The translations under genes and the position numbers were made by a program. Positions 1 to 12,238 of a DNA stretch of 64,000 nucleotides are shown piece after piece. Position 1 is the first letter of the stretch, and each line of letters starts with the position of its first letter. A model generated the notes under the pieces. That model had not been told where the DNA came from and searched no databases. It saw nothing but the letters and a program-made list of their open reading frames with translations. Origin of the DNA: Owenia fusiformis (Eukaryota). The stretch is from NCBI GenBank assembly GCA_903813345.2, contig CAIIXF020000001.1:10168001-10232000 (forward strand), given 5' to 3'.

Positions 1-171
1 CGTTGCCTCTTGTAACATGTGAGATGGGAAAACCCACACAGTAATCAACCAACCAGATTACCAGAATTTTACATAGTATAGTAAAGTTCTATTTATGTAA
101 TATTCCTTGCAATGTAATTATGGTAGTTGCTGAATTTACTGCTGAAGTTATCAATCTAAATTGAACAGGAT

Positions 172-688
172 CAGGCCCGTAGCCAGAATTTTCCAAGGGG
201 GTTCACTTTTCCAAAAAATTCTAGGGGGGGTTACTTTGGCAAAGGACGATTCTCGGTTTGGAGAACGAAGTTCATCAATCTAAATGAGCATTATCCCTGC
301 TTCGGACAAATTTGATTTTTTTACATAATATAGATTTGAATGTCTTCTTTTGAATAGTCATAATTTAATTTGGGTAATATTTCTAGATTTTTCGCAAAAA
401 AATATTAGCGCAGTACACTGATGAACTTCTTTCCCCAAATCGAGACTTGTATTTGTTATTTTTACATCTTGTAGATTTAAATGTCCTCTTTTGAATATTC
501 ATAGTTTAATTTGGGTAATATTTCTATATTTTTCATGAAAATTTTTTTAGCCCAGGAGGCTGCTCTCCAAACCGAGAATCGTCCTTTGGCCAAAAATCAC
601 TCAAAAAATAGTCAGAATGGTGAAAAACTGCATAATTTTGGCCAGGGCGGGGATCGGGGGGTGGGGGGTTCGCCAGGCTATGGGCCTA
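172..688. mobile_element. CAGGCCCGTAGCC-ended MITE with 5-bp TSD, containing a nested inverted-repeat element
   Basis: TSD AGGAT (167-171 and 689-693); TIR (C)AGGCCCGTAGCC / GGCTATGGGCCT(A); nested 24-bp inverted repeat AAAGGACGATTCTCGGTTTGGAGA at 241-264 and 564-587. Confidence 0.75.
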
Positions 689-1074
689 AGGATTTTGTAA
701 AAATATCTAATAGCATAGAAACTAGAAAGGAATCTCATAGTCATTCTTGTATGTCATGTGTAGTTTCATAAAATGCTCTGGAAATGATGCGTAAGGGACA
801 AGTGACATCTTTAAATACTACACAGAGTTATAAGGCTCAACATGAAGTTTATCAACCTAGGATTTATAGATGTCACTAGGACAAAAGGTTTCAAAATGCA
901 ATTTCAAATTTTTTGTTTAATGGATATTTGTTGTATACTCCAGGTGGTGTACACAATGTGTATATAATGTACATCTCCATGAAAATTTAATTTCAATTTG
1001 ACAATCTTCTAAATGGCACATGATTTTGGTGAAAACAACAACCAGAGAAAACAAAATATTGTTTTACATTTCAG

Positions 1075-3592
1075 CTATTTACTGGTTTGGTTATGAGTCC
1101 ATGAAGTCCTATATTATAAGAACACAGAGCATAGAACACCCATCATTTCTACAATGTTTCGGTGCAGGAGCTATTGCTGGTTCAGTAAGTCCTCTAAATT
1201 ATCATCTACATGTACAGTAAAACCTGAAATAATGACCACCTCTTTAATTTGAACATCTCTCAATGTGAGCACCGTTTTGGTTCCATTTTTTAATATCCCA
1301 TATACTCTACACTTTCATGTGAAAAAAACTCGATATGTGAACACCTTCTAATCTAAACATTTTTGGCAGATCCTATTGGTGTTCGGATAAGATAGGTTTT
1401 ACTGTATGCTTCATCTGGGTTTTTCTAGTCAGCTGTATTGTTTGATGACATTGTCACTGTGGGGCTTATGCCACGTTGATATATGGATAATATAGGTTGT
1501 AATGTTGAATAACATTTGAAAAGACAGGATTATTCCATTCGAATAATCATCACATCTTATGTTTTCAAAATTCTTGATAGGAGAGGTCTCAAAATTGTCA
1601 AAAAGTGGTTTCTATGACCCACCCGATGCATTTGTTACTTACTTTTCTTTACTTTTTCAAATGCCATTTTATAATAGAATATGTCAGCTGTCTCTGTTTG
1701 TCATAAGTGAATTTACAATGTTCATATTTCAGGTAGCAGGGGTCATCACTCTACCCTTTGATGTTGTGAAGACACATAGACAGATAGAACTCGGAGAGAT
1801 AGAGTTAAGAAAAGGTAATAAAATACTGTTCTAATATTTCATTATGTCACCACCACAAATGGTGACATATTTTTATTGTCTCCAACTATTTTGTGGATGG
1901 TGTTTGGTGGTTGGTTTCGGCATGGGCTTTCAACTAGAATTGAAATTAAAAGCCCATGGTTTCGGTGGTCAGCATTCGGCATCTGTAATAAATCATGTAA
2001 ATAGTATGGTGACATTTTTCATGTTAATGACTTTTATGTCACCACCTCAAGTGTTTGGTGGTTGGTGTTCAGTGGTTGATGTTCAACAGTTAGTGTTTGT
2101 TATTGTGCTTAGAATCAATATCATAATGTCTTATTATTTTGTGAAACATTGACCTATTTCCTACCATTATTTTCACAGGTGAGAACCATCACTCAAAAGA
2201 TTTATATTCTGTTTTAGCATGTTATCACTAAGCTCATAGCCAGTTTTTGGCATGGGGGTTCACTTTTCGAAAAATTCCAGGAGGGTTCACAAAAGAAACT
2301 TTGGTCTAAAATCACTTGAAAAGTGCTCAGAATAGTGAAATACTGCATGATTTTGAACGATTTTTTGGCGAGGCCAATCACCAATTAACTGCCATCACTT
2401 CTGGCTTGAACACCAGTCAGTCTATGTTAAATTGACTGCAATATTCTGTTTCTGTATGTTGTAGGTAACAATGGCAAGCCCACCAGTACCTGGTCACTTC
2501 TGAGACAACTATATTCTAGCAATGGAGTCCAAGGGCTATTTGCAGGTACAGTATACACAGTGAAATGAAGTGTCTAGTCTTGCTTCGAGACTGTGGACTC
2601 CCCCTATCTACTTCACCAATACTTGTAGGGATATGTGTAGTTGGGGGACTCACAAGGGCTTATATCTAGACCATATATATTAGATTAGAAAATGAAGATA
2701 CAATCAAATCCATTTGATCAGTATTTCAAACACAGTTCACCCCCTCACTCACTCAGAAAAATTTCTTTTGTACATGCACATAGTGAATGGGGGGTGAACT
2801 CTTATAGTGTCTCAAGTTGAAGAATATGCAACTTTAAAATCTTCTGCATGGTATTGTATTATTCTAGAATTTAAAAATGGTTCTCTACTTATGGTGGATA
2901 TACTTTAAAAGCCTTGAAATGTGTGACATAAGTTAAGTACAGTGCATGCAATACACTTCTTTAGTGTAATCTAAATACAATAAATGTATATCATACAGGG
3001 GTTTCATTAGCAGCAAGCAACAGGCGATTTTCACCAGTTGTTTTCACAAAATTGCCTGTTGTTTTTAAGGACTTTTTAATTTTTCCGTGTTAAATTTTTG
3101 ATTACCATTAATTTTGCCTGTTGTTTTCATTTATTTAGCTTGTTGTGAGAAATTCTAGTGAAACCCCTGTCATACATGATTTTGAAACCTCTTACAGTAC
3201 ATGTAGGAAGCATTCCTGAAGTTGAATTCAACTGCCAGCTGATGGATTAACCTACTATTTTATGGCCAACTCATTTTAGTATCCGCCACTATTCCATTCA
3301 TATTTAAATGAGTTGGCCATAAAAAGCAGGTTCAACCGTCAACCATCAGCTGGCTGTTGAATTCGCGAATCCTGCCTTAAATAGAACTGATTGATAACTC
3401 AATGCACAGAAATCATTATGATTCAATGCTTTTTTCTTGCTAATTTGAATTCAAGAATTATCTTTGTTTGCAGGTTTAATTCCAAGAGTAGTCAAAGTTG
3501 CTCCAGCATGTGCAATAATGATTAGCACATATGAATACAGTAAACGTTTCTTCCGGACTTACAATGAACAAAAAGCTCTAGAAGTGTCATAA
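1075..3592 (+). CDS. SLC25A40: Mitochondrial carrier SLC25A39/SLC25A40 family, last four coding exons (5' part lies upstream of the window)
   Basis: Exons 1075-1184, 1733-1814, 2465-2545 and 3474-3592 are GT-AG flanked and phase compatible. They translate [11 protein letters not shown]...[30 protein letters not shown].../...[46 protein letters not shown]...*. Carrier signature PxDxxKT is present, and [16 protein letters not shown] and [11 protein letters not shown] are characteristic of SLC25A39/40. The two vertebrate paralogues cannot be distinguished here. Confidence 0.93.
1215..1404. mobile_element. TA-flanked Tc1/mariner/pogo-type MITE
   Basis: TA|CAGTAAAACC...GGTTTTACTG|TA. Confidence 0.78.
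2996..3169. mobile_element. MITE with CAGGGGTTTCA TIR and 5-bp TSD
   Basis: TIR CAGGGGTTTCAYTAG, TSD TCATA (2991-2995 and 3170-3174). Confidence 0.8.
3224..3364. repeat. Long imperfect inverted repeat (foldback) in the last SLC25A40 intron
   Basis: GAATTCAACTGCCAGCTGATGG..TTTTATGGCCAACTCATTT pairs with AAATGAGTTGGCCATAAAA..CCATCAGCTGGCTGTTGAATTC. Confidence 0.8.
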
Positions 3593-5527
3593 TACCTACT
3601 TCATTATTCCATTTCTAGAATATAATTAATTTAATAAATTCAGATACTAGTCGGAATGAAGTGCAACAGCGTCTAGTATAGATATCAGCATATTAGTGCC
3701 CCTCCTTAATCTAATGGATGATTGCAGCCCAACATTGTGGTAAGCCACCCATCTTCATCTTTGTCCTCCTGGACCGATGCACAGTGAGAGGTGCTATGAA
3801 CATCAGAATGGCAGCTCAAGGCAATGTTGGAATAAATTTGTTCTGAATAGGTCTTGGAGACCTTTCTTTATATGAGGAAAACTGTGGTCTTTTTATCAAA
3901 GTCTTGAATCCTGACTACATGGTGACTTGACGAGACACTAGGTGTATAAAAAGAACTTCAAACCTCCTGATAGAAGTTCAATGACAAAAATAATCAGCTG
4001 GACAAGATTGAAATAACCAGCCAGCTTGACAAGATTGAAATTAACTGGCATCCAAGATTTAAGATTATTATATTCTTATTCCTAGTGCATTTTCACAGAG
4101 ACATATTAAACATGTTTTATATGTCTCTGATTTTCAGTAACAGAAATTCAATGTTTCATCTCATAAGGCACATGTGCATCACATTAATGGGGTTGATCAC
4201 AAAGTTAAAGCAGTGAGTAGTAGATATTATATGTGAAACTACAAATAGTATATCTATCACTTATTTTCTGAAATAAAGTACACACTCAGGCATGTAATTT
4301 CTGCATGAGAGCTTGTCTTACTTTTACCTGACGGTGTACTTGCTAGTAATATAATGCACTTCATGTTGGACTTTAAAATGATGTTCCTGTTTATTCAGCT
4401 GCGTTACTGTTATGAAAGGGGATTAAGAAGTCTTCCTTTGTCTTAGACAGGTTGAGTACAGGCACTTATTTCTAGACAAGATTAAAAGATCATACATCAG
4501 TGATCATACTGTACACCTACAAATTGCAATCAAGTTTCTTAATCCTTTTTCCAGACAGGTAGTTGATTGAAAAAATATGTTTTTAAAAAGAATCATGGTT
4601 TTCTGTTGTAATCCCCCTGGCAGTTTGATTTCCTGAAGAAAATTGTTACTACATGTAGACTTGCTTCAAGGTTGTGTATCCCCCTCCCCCAGTGTACTTC
4701 ACCTTCACCTTGAAGCACGGTGAAGTAGATAAGAGGGAGGGGGTCCAGTGGTTACATGTGAATGTCAAAGTTGTATATTACCACTTATTATGTCAGTTTG
4801 TATAATTATATGTTCCACAGTATTATTTAGATATTTTTGTAACTTAGAAATTCAATTTTGAAATTGAAACCTAAAAAAGTGGATTTGTCATGCACCATTT
4901 TCCCTAAAGGCATGTTCGTTGTATTATCAGCATTTAGTTCTTCAGTACAAATTAAAATCATGATAATTATTATTCAAAAGCATATAAAGTGACATAATTG
5001 CATGTAAAATATGGGCATAGTGCATGCAATTTTAATCATACCCATAATCGTGAAGTCTTGCTTCAGCGGTTGTTGAAGTAGAAAAGGGGGTGGGGGGGAA
5101 GTCCGGGGGTCCAGGGTCTTGAACCAAGACTGGTAATCATGTGTTAGAATCAAAAATCTTTCTAAAAAGAGCATGATATATTACTAGTACACTGTTAGGA
5201 ATTAATAAGACACTAGATTAGTGTGTATGGATTAGTAATTGGTTGATTGATTTTCATCAGAGTGTCAGATGTACAGATACTACGCATATACTAGTTACAT
5301 GTACAATCTAACTAGAAAAAATATAATTATGAACATGTACACGTATATATATTTTAACCCATTTTTGATATGGTTTTGTTAACACACAATCTAATTCTTA
5401 ATATTTCATTTGCTTCACTGCTATGTCTAAATTTAAAAGTTCTTAAAATATTTGTTCTACACATATCTTGTATGATTAGAACAGTTATGCCATACAGTAG
5501 TATGCCTTTTTTTTCCTGTACATCTAT

Positions 5528-5727
5528 CAGCCCGTTGCCGGGCCGTTAGCCTGGGGGGGGGGGTGGCCTGGCCCTGGCAAAATTCTTTTTTCAAAATCAA
5601 GCAGTTTTCCACCATTCTCAGCATTTTTCATGTGAATTTGAACTCAAGTCAAAGCAAACCCCCCTTGGATTTTTTTGAAAAGTGAACTCCTTTGCAAAAG
5701 CTGGCTACAAGCCGGGCTACAAGCCGG
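5528..5727. mobile_element. MITE of the same family, degenerate TIRs, 5-bp TSD
   Basis: TSD TCTAT (5523-5527 and 5728-5732); internal GCAGTTTT.CACCAT.CT.AGCA and GAAAAGTGAAC blocks shared with 12046-12238. Confidence 0.7.
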
Positions 5728-5748
5728 TCTATAACATTTATAAGTACC

Positions 5749-5991
5749 CATGGACGTAGCCAGGTTTCAGTCAGGGGATGTGACCATGGAAAACAATGTC
5801 AGTTTACAGTCAGGGGGGTGCAATCGTGGCATAAGAGAGCCAAACATTTGATGTAACTTCTTTCAAAATTGAGCTAGAAACTTCAAATAAAAAGCATTTA
5901 AAGCTCTTTTCTTCTATCTCTTTTATTGGTTATGGGGGGGGGGTGCAATCGCACCAATCACAACCCCCCCCCCCCCCTGGCTACACCTATG
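5749..5991. mobile_element. MITE with 6-bp TSD
   Basis: CATGGACGTAGCCAGG...CCTGGCTACACCTATG imperfect TIR, TSD AGTACC (5743-5748 and 5992-5997). Confidence 0.72.
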
Positions 5992-7170
5992 AGTACCTGT
6001 AAATAAATGGGCCCGGGTAAATGGGGCTTGATGAAGATGATCTAGGAATGGATGATTGGGTCTAGAGATGATGAATGTATGTATCTTTATTAATCCCACA
6101 TCAAAGTGGGTTTCAAATGTATTTTAAAATCTTGATGGTCAGTGTGAAAAGTCAGTTCTGTGCTAATGTAAAATTACACTGCGCCCAGAGTCTAGTTATA
6201 AACTAAAATGAAGAGACGAAGCTAAGTGAAGTCCAACGAATGCAAAGGGTAATGTAAAATTGTATTATAATTTTGCATAATTTGTACAATATGTGTTGAT
6301 ATGAGAATAAACAATAATATATTTTACATACACCAATTTTTTGTTACACATTTAATTAAAACATGTCCTTGGGCAAGATCGGGGCTCTCAAGTTTCTTCC
6401 TAATTTTAAGGTCAAAAGTTAGGTTGGGGGGGGGGGGGGGTAATGTAAGACGATGGGAGGTTTGACAGAAAGCTACTGTAAGACTACATCTTTGAGGTGC
6501 ACAGGAGATTGATTTGGAAGTTTAGACAACTGATACCTATACGATAAAAATATATTTGCTCATAAATAATATAATTTCAATTTTTACCCGTTGTGACATT
6601 TGTGATAATTTTTAATTCAATCATTTTTCCAAATGTAACAATAAAAACATAAGGATGTTTAGATAAGGGATTGCTCTCCAAATAAATGTCTGGGATCACC
6701 GTTGATCTCATCAACAGACTATGATCATGAGTTTAGTCGGAAACAATAAACAAACTAAAAGAAAGTTTCAGTTGCTTCAACTTAATTCGTTTACAACCAC
6801 ATTGGAAGTCAAAGATGTGCTTTTCGTGGTAAACTCCCCAATTTGAAGACCCATCCCTGAGGAAGGGGTGTACACTTCCATTTTTGGGTTTCTGCTATAG
6901 AAAAAGCTAACGAAAGAAAAAAGGTAAGAGGAATGCCAAAAAAAGATTATATCATTAGCTGATGCCATCAAAAGATTGTTGTTATATTGTTCAAGGGACC
7001 TCAAAGGGCACAGAATCAAAGAACGTACCCCGGGGATGGGGTGATGAAAAGATTACGATTAAGCATAATTTTGATGTAATATTGCGATATTGAATTGATA
7101 ATAATGTGCAGCATTCAGAAGTTTAAGAGATAAGTAAATCAAAAGTTGAGTTGTAAGAATATGAATCCCC

Positions 7171-7392
7171 GATCAGTACCCAGATCAGTAATCTATTTCG
7201 GCGATCAGTTGATTGCATCAGCGTTCTCTGATCACGCGCTCACAAACTTGTCCCAAGCGCGTCAGGTGACTTAATTACCTTTAATTGGGCTTTGTTTCTT
7301 TTAACACCCGAAGCATTTGTTTATTCAACGCAACTAGCGTGTCATCCCTGGGCGACAAGTGTCTGACCAAAGATTACGTGGATTGGTATAAA
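7171..7392 (+). promoter_or_regulatory. Putative promoter of the homeobox gene (TATA box, inverted CCAAT, repeated GATCAG motifs)
   Basis: TATAAA 7387-7392 lies about 145 nt upstream of the ATG and is preceded by ATTGG 7382-7386. GATCAG occurs at 7171, 7183 and 7203, and TGATTGCATCA at 7210-7220. The region is locally CpG-rich. Confidence 0.5.
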
Positions 7393-7532
7393 GCGGAACC
7401 GCTGATGAGACCAACCAACACTTGTTGTCAACACCTCGAACAGTACACATCTCAGCGAATATTAAGAATAATCATCAAATCGGCGTATTTTCTCGTGTTA
7501 GCAGATCGAAACTTGCTATCTCAGTCACAAGA

Positions 7533-9149
7533 ATGAATTCAATCATGGCCTTGAACAACAACACATTGAGGGGATCATCCGACGTATTTCGAGCATTGGA
7601 GATCGATGTTGAGGACTACCCTGGACATCCAAGCTATCTCACTCTTCCCTTAACGCCCGTTCACGAGCCAGATTATCACATCAGAGCAGAGCCTCTCGCC
7701 CATAGTACCCCGGCGATGTCAGCGGATCTAGGGAGCGATGGCGAGCTAAGTCCGACGTTGAGCGAAATAGACTCAACATTCCTGTACAACACAATCAACG
7801 ATGGCCCGGAGCTGGATTTATGGAGCGACAATGCATGGGACGCACTTGGAATCGTGGAAGGGGACCTCTCGGTTGACATCGACTCTAACCCATCAACACT
7901 CTTAGATCTGTCATTGGCATCATCTGGTAAGTTGATTACACTTACACAGTTATCTTATAGACCCTGGACCCCCCCCCCTTATATTAGATGGGTGAGTCTT
8001 GAAGCATGACTAAAAAACTGCCGCTTGTGCAACTAGTTACAAATGTGCCGTGCAATATTTATCACAATCAAAACCATCTAGTATTACGTGTGACTTAAAA
8101 ATGAAATGATAATTTATTTTTTGGTTTATTGATATGTGATGCGAATATATTCCAATCAAATATTGCAGATTGAAAAAATTGATGATATAGTATTTCCAGA
8201 CTTGTAGTTAGTATTTCAAATCATGGTCTCACATATACCTATCACATTATCCAAATAAATAAAAAATTTATATCCTGAATAATTGCTGTTTGCGTTGTTA
8301 CAATTTGCAAATATAAATTGTGTTTTTTTTGTATTGCAGAATTCTACAGTAGCGAGTCTGACAGTTCAAGTAACCATAGCAACCCGGGTGAGTCCCCGGC
8401 TAACAACTCTACGAGTTTCGATAGTGACATTCCCTCAACGCCAACCAGTCGTCCATCAAATCAGCAACGTACACGAAGAGGGCAGTTGTCTTTGCGTCAG
8501 AAGTCACAGTTAGAGGATGCGTTCTTTAAATGTCCCAACCCAACAGAGAGCCAGCAGCGGAACCTTGGCAAAAAGATTGGAATCACAGTGGACAGTGTCC
8601 AGGTAAGATTTGCTTTTTGGATGGATCATCAGTCAAGTTAACGTTCCAACTTGTGTAATGGGTATCCACTTCTTTCTAGATAAAGAAGATCAAAACCCTT
8701 CCTCGGTCTGTAGTACTAAAATGACAAGGCTAGTTTTAGCGTGACTAACTTTATTAAAAACCGTGAATTATGTGAAAAAGTATTCATGAGCAATAAAAGA
8801 TGTCAGGCTTGTGGTTGATTAAAGTAGACCTGATTTTACATTGATTGATCCAATTTTTATTTGTATGCCTGTATACAAGTTATTTCTCAATCGCATATTT
8901 TAATGTGGAGATTTTACTATTTTATTAAAAGTGTTCTATTTTGTAAATTTTTAAATGTGTTTAATTTTGTACTTTCAGAAATGGTTCAGTAAACAACATG
9001 CTAGGTGTATCCGTGACAATCACCAGTATCTCTATGACAACTTGGACATCTGGATGGGTGTTACTAGCAACCGTACCTATCTTCTTCCCGTATTGTCTTC
9101 TTCTACGGATCTGGACTCAGAGGAACTCGTCTATAGTAACCATGATTGA
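7533..9149 (+). CDS. Divergent PRD-class-like homeobox protein, 3 exons, 275 aa
   Basis: Exons 7533-7926 (G|GTAAGT), 8340-8602 (CAG|GTAAGA) and 8979-9149 join in frame. Homeodomain 8465-9020: QRTRRGQLSLRQKSQLEDAFFKCPNPTESQQRNLGKKIGITVDSVQ|KWFSKQHARCIRDN, keeping R5, Q12, L16, E17, F20, P26, W48 and F49. The intron between codons 46 and 47 is the PRD-class position. An alternative ATG at 7545 has a good Kozak context (ATCATGG). Confidence 0.85.
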
Positions 9150-9194
9150 AGAGTGCTGCAATATCATCTCTATAAGTGCTGTAATATGATCCCT

Positions 9195-9630
9195 TCATAG
9201 TGATACTTCATCTGTACATAGTGCTACATCATCTGTACATAGTGCGACATCATCTGTACAGTGCTGAAACTGAACATAGTGCTCCATGAACTGTATTGCT
9301 GCAATACTAGCTGTACATAATACTACATCAACTGTACATAGTGCTCTGTCAACTGTATATAGTGCTACATCATCTGTACATAGTGCTCCATAAACTGTAT
9401 ATAGTGCTTCATCATCTGTACATAGTGCTCCATAAACTGTACATAGAACTGTAATATCATCTATACTTGGTGCTTCCTGAACTGTATATAATGCTGCAAC
9501 ATAGAACAAACATACACTGTATAAAGTGCTCCATCGACTATACATAGTGCTCCATCAACTGTACATAGTGCTACAACACCATCTGTACACAGTGCTCTCA
9601 GAACAATTCATGTGATTTGTAAATAGTGCT
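9195..9630 (+). repeat. 21-bp minisatellite (approx. CTGTACATAGTGCTMCATMAW) in the inferred homeobox 3' UTR
   Basis: TGTAHATA cores at 9213, 9234, 9312, 9333, 9354, 9375, 9396, 9417 and 9438 (runs with exact 21-nt spacing), then 9483, 9560 and 9618. Confidence 0.9.
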
Positions 9631-12045
9631 TATACACATATACATGTAGCTAGCATCAAATAGTACTTCATGGACAATCTATCTACACACAGTGCTTTAC
9701 CAATAATTCTTGATATTTTTACAACCACACAGTATTTTGCTAAATAATCTCATTTTCTGAGTGACTTTAGATTGTAAAGACAGTGTACGTATTCTGTTCA
9801 TTTTTTCTGAAAAATGTATTACATGCCAAAATTGATATTTGCCACTAAAATGAAACGAACTAGGAATGTCTCTTTATGCACTAAAGTGAAACAAACTAGG
9901 AATCTCTCTTTATGCCAAAATCCTCAACAGTATCAATTATATTCCTAAAGGTGGTGTTTGGAAATTGATAAATCAAATTGAACAATGATAATTTTTTAGA
10001 TAATAATTTCAATTACTATTCCTCTATGTACATAGTCAAAAACAAATATTTCTGTAATTCAAATACTAAAACTGCTTTTGTGTAGTAATAAAATGAATAA
10101 TTATATGTAAATATAGTAATTATCAAATTGATTTAATTTGTCTAGATGTAAATAAATACTACAACTTTATGATGATATATAACTTCAATATTTTGTTCAT
10201 ATGTATGGGTTTAACAAGTTCAAACATTGCGCTCCAATAGCCAGGATTAATTTGTTTACTCAAGCAGTTAGTCAATTAGTCTCAATCAAAAGACATGGAA
10301 CATTTTGTTCCTTTTTATTATCCCATATTTGTATATTCATATGCATATTAAGTCATATTCAACCATGTTATTATTCTATCCCTTATTATTCAACCAGTTC
10401 TTTGATATTTTCCATAGTAACCCAGCTGTTAAAATCAAATTGTTTTAGCTCAGTTTTTTGGTCAAATACATTTTCCCATGTTTAAAAGGTGTCACTAGTA
10501 GAAATGTACTCCTGCCCTCTGATGAGATACTACCTTTCCAAGATTCTAGTCCGAAAATGTTGCCAAAGTTATTAATGTGGGCATACAATGCCATCTATAA
10601 TGGTTCACGCCATTCCAAAAAACTACACTATCGGTGTCTCTATCCCAAGATATTATTGAAACCAGTGTATTCCTTCTGTTAAATGAAATACTGTGATGAG
10701 CCAAGATAATTAACACATGGTGACTGATTTGTCAAAATGATTTACCATCATATGTTCAATTTGAAGGATTATTTCTTGCTATTACAGTGTCTTGAATGAC
10801 AACCTGCTTTTCCAAAAATATCAAAACTTGATAGAAATTCCTCACAGTACAAGTTCCAAAACTGGAAAAACTACTTGCACATTTTCAATTTTACAAATTT
10901 CAGGGAAGGAGTTGTACATTTGGCTAAAAACTGGTCCGAATGGTTTAAAAATGCATGATTTTGATTTTGTTCGATCAAACCCTCTGAACCCCCTGGCTAT
11001 CATCCTCCTCACAAGCAGGTGTCCAGAATTTCATACCTCCTTCTTCCCCCTGCTATAACCAATTTGGAAGCACCAGATTTAACTGAATCATGTGTTCTAA
11101 TTATGCGCAATGACTTCTACATGATTACTGTCGCAGTGTTGCGACAGCCAACCAGATTGCGAGTTCTTAATTGGGGAAATGGTAACTGCTTATCGCAGGG
11201 GGTAAAAAGAAAGAATATATTCTGGATTTTGGAGCACTGTGATCGGAGGATGCCTGGCTATGGGGCTGTTCACGTTCATCTCAATCAAATTCCTCATTGG
11301 AATACTAATAATTTCAAGGTGATACTTTTCTTTACATATTATTATATAAAGTGTAAGCCAACAGGAACTTAATCTGTTATTGCTCGAATATATCTTTATG
11401 ATCTGACAATTTAATAAAATGATCAAGGGATACACTACAATGGGATAAAAGAACATCTATTGCATCTGTGTTGATATGTTCTAATCCACTCTCGAATAAA
11501 AATTCAGTTATTTATCTCTCTTGGACGCAAATCATTGATAAAAATGAATGCTTTCAATTATCAAGGTATTTAAAACATATGTAAAATGATATCCTAATTA
11601 CCGGAATGTCAGGACATCAATACCTTCAAAGAAACCCTAAGTATTAAGCAATTCTAATATCAATCCAATTTAATAAAGCATTAGTATAGATATTATATCA
11701 TATAATTTATTATGAAACTTTATAATATACAATAATGAGAACAATATCACAATTACAATTTACAATAAAGTATTTTGAAGAATGTCAACACATTTTTATT
11801 TATCATTAACAAACATATACAAATTAAAAATTTCCTTTACAAATTGTGTATGACATATAATTCTATGATACTAAAAGAAATCCAACCCCAGGTATGGCTT
11901 TCATTTACATTTATACACCACGCTATAATCTTAATTACATGCAATATACATGTAGATGTACATGCACATGGATAGTTTAGTAAACTTCTTTAGCTCCATC
12001 TCTTGTTACTGTTTAACACAATAATATCAAAAGTTGGATCAACTG

Positions 12046-12238
12046 CAGGCCCGTAGCCGGGGATGGGAGGGGGAGGGTTCGAGTAAACCCTCCCCTGGCC
12101 AAAAATCATGCAGTTTTTCACCATGCTGAGCACTTTTTAAGTGATCTTCGCCATTTTTGGACCAAAATTGTCTAAAGTGAACCCCCCCAGAATTTTTCAA
12201 AAAGTGAACCCCCTTGGCAAATCCTGGCTACGGGTCTG
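12046..12238. mobile_element. MITE of the same family, 5-bp TSD
   Basis: CAGGCCCGTAGCC...GGCTACGGGTCTG flanked by AACTG (12041-12045 and 12239-12243). Internal similarity to 172-688, 5528-5727 and partial copies near 2235-2370 and 48015-48128. Confidence 0.85.

Noticed and set aside
7402-7445. Hammerhead-like CTGATGAG...CTCGAAC
   Set aside because: GAAC instead of GAAA, stem II only 2 bp, and no supporting stems I/III.
9195-9545. 116-aa minus-strand ORF with ALCTDDV repeats
   Set aside because: Translation of the 21-bp minisatellite; no splice context or recognisable domain.
10519-10560. Hammerhead-like CTGATGAG...CGAAA
   Set aside because: Stem II is interrupted after one pair and no compatible stem I could be found.
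10385-11372. Protein-like fragments between the homeobox gene and the RNF220 3' end (e.g. minus-strand WENVFDQKTELKQFDFNSWVTMENIKELVE)
   Set aside because: Multiple stops, no consistent splice model and no family I recognise. It could be a decayed pseudogene; a tBLASTx search would decide.
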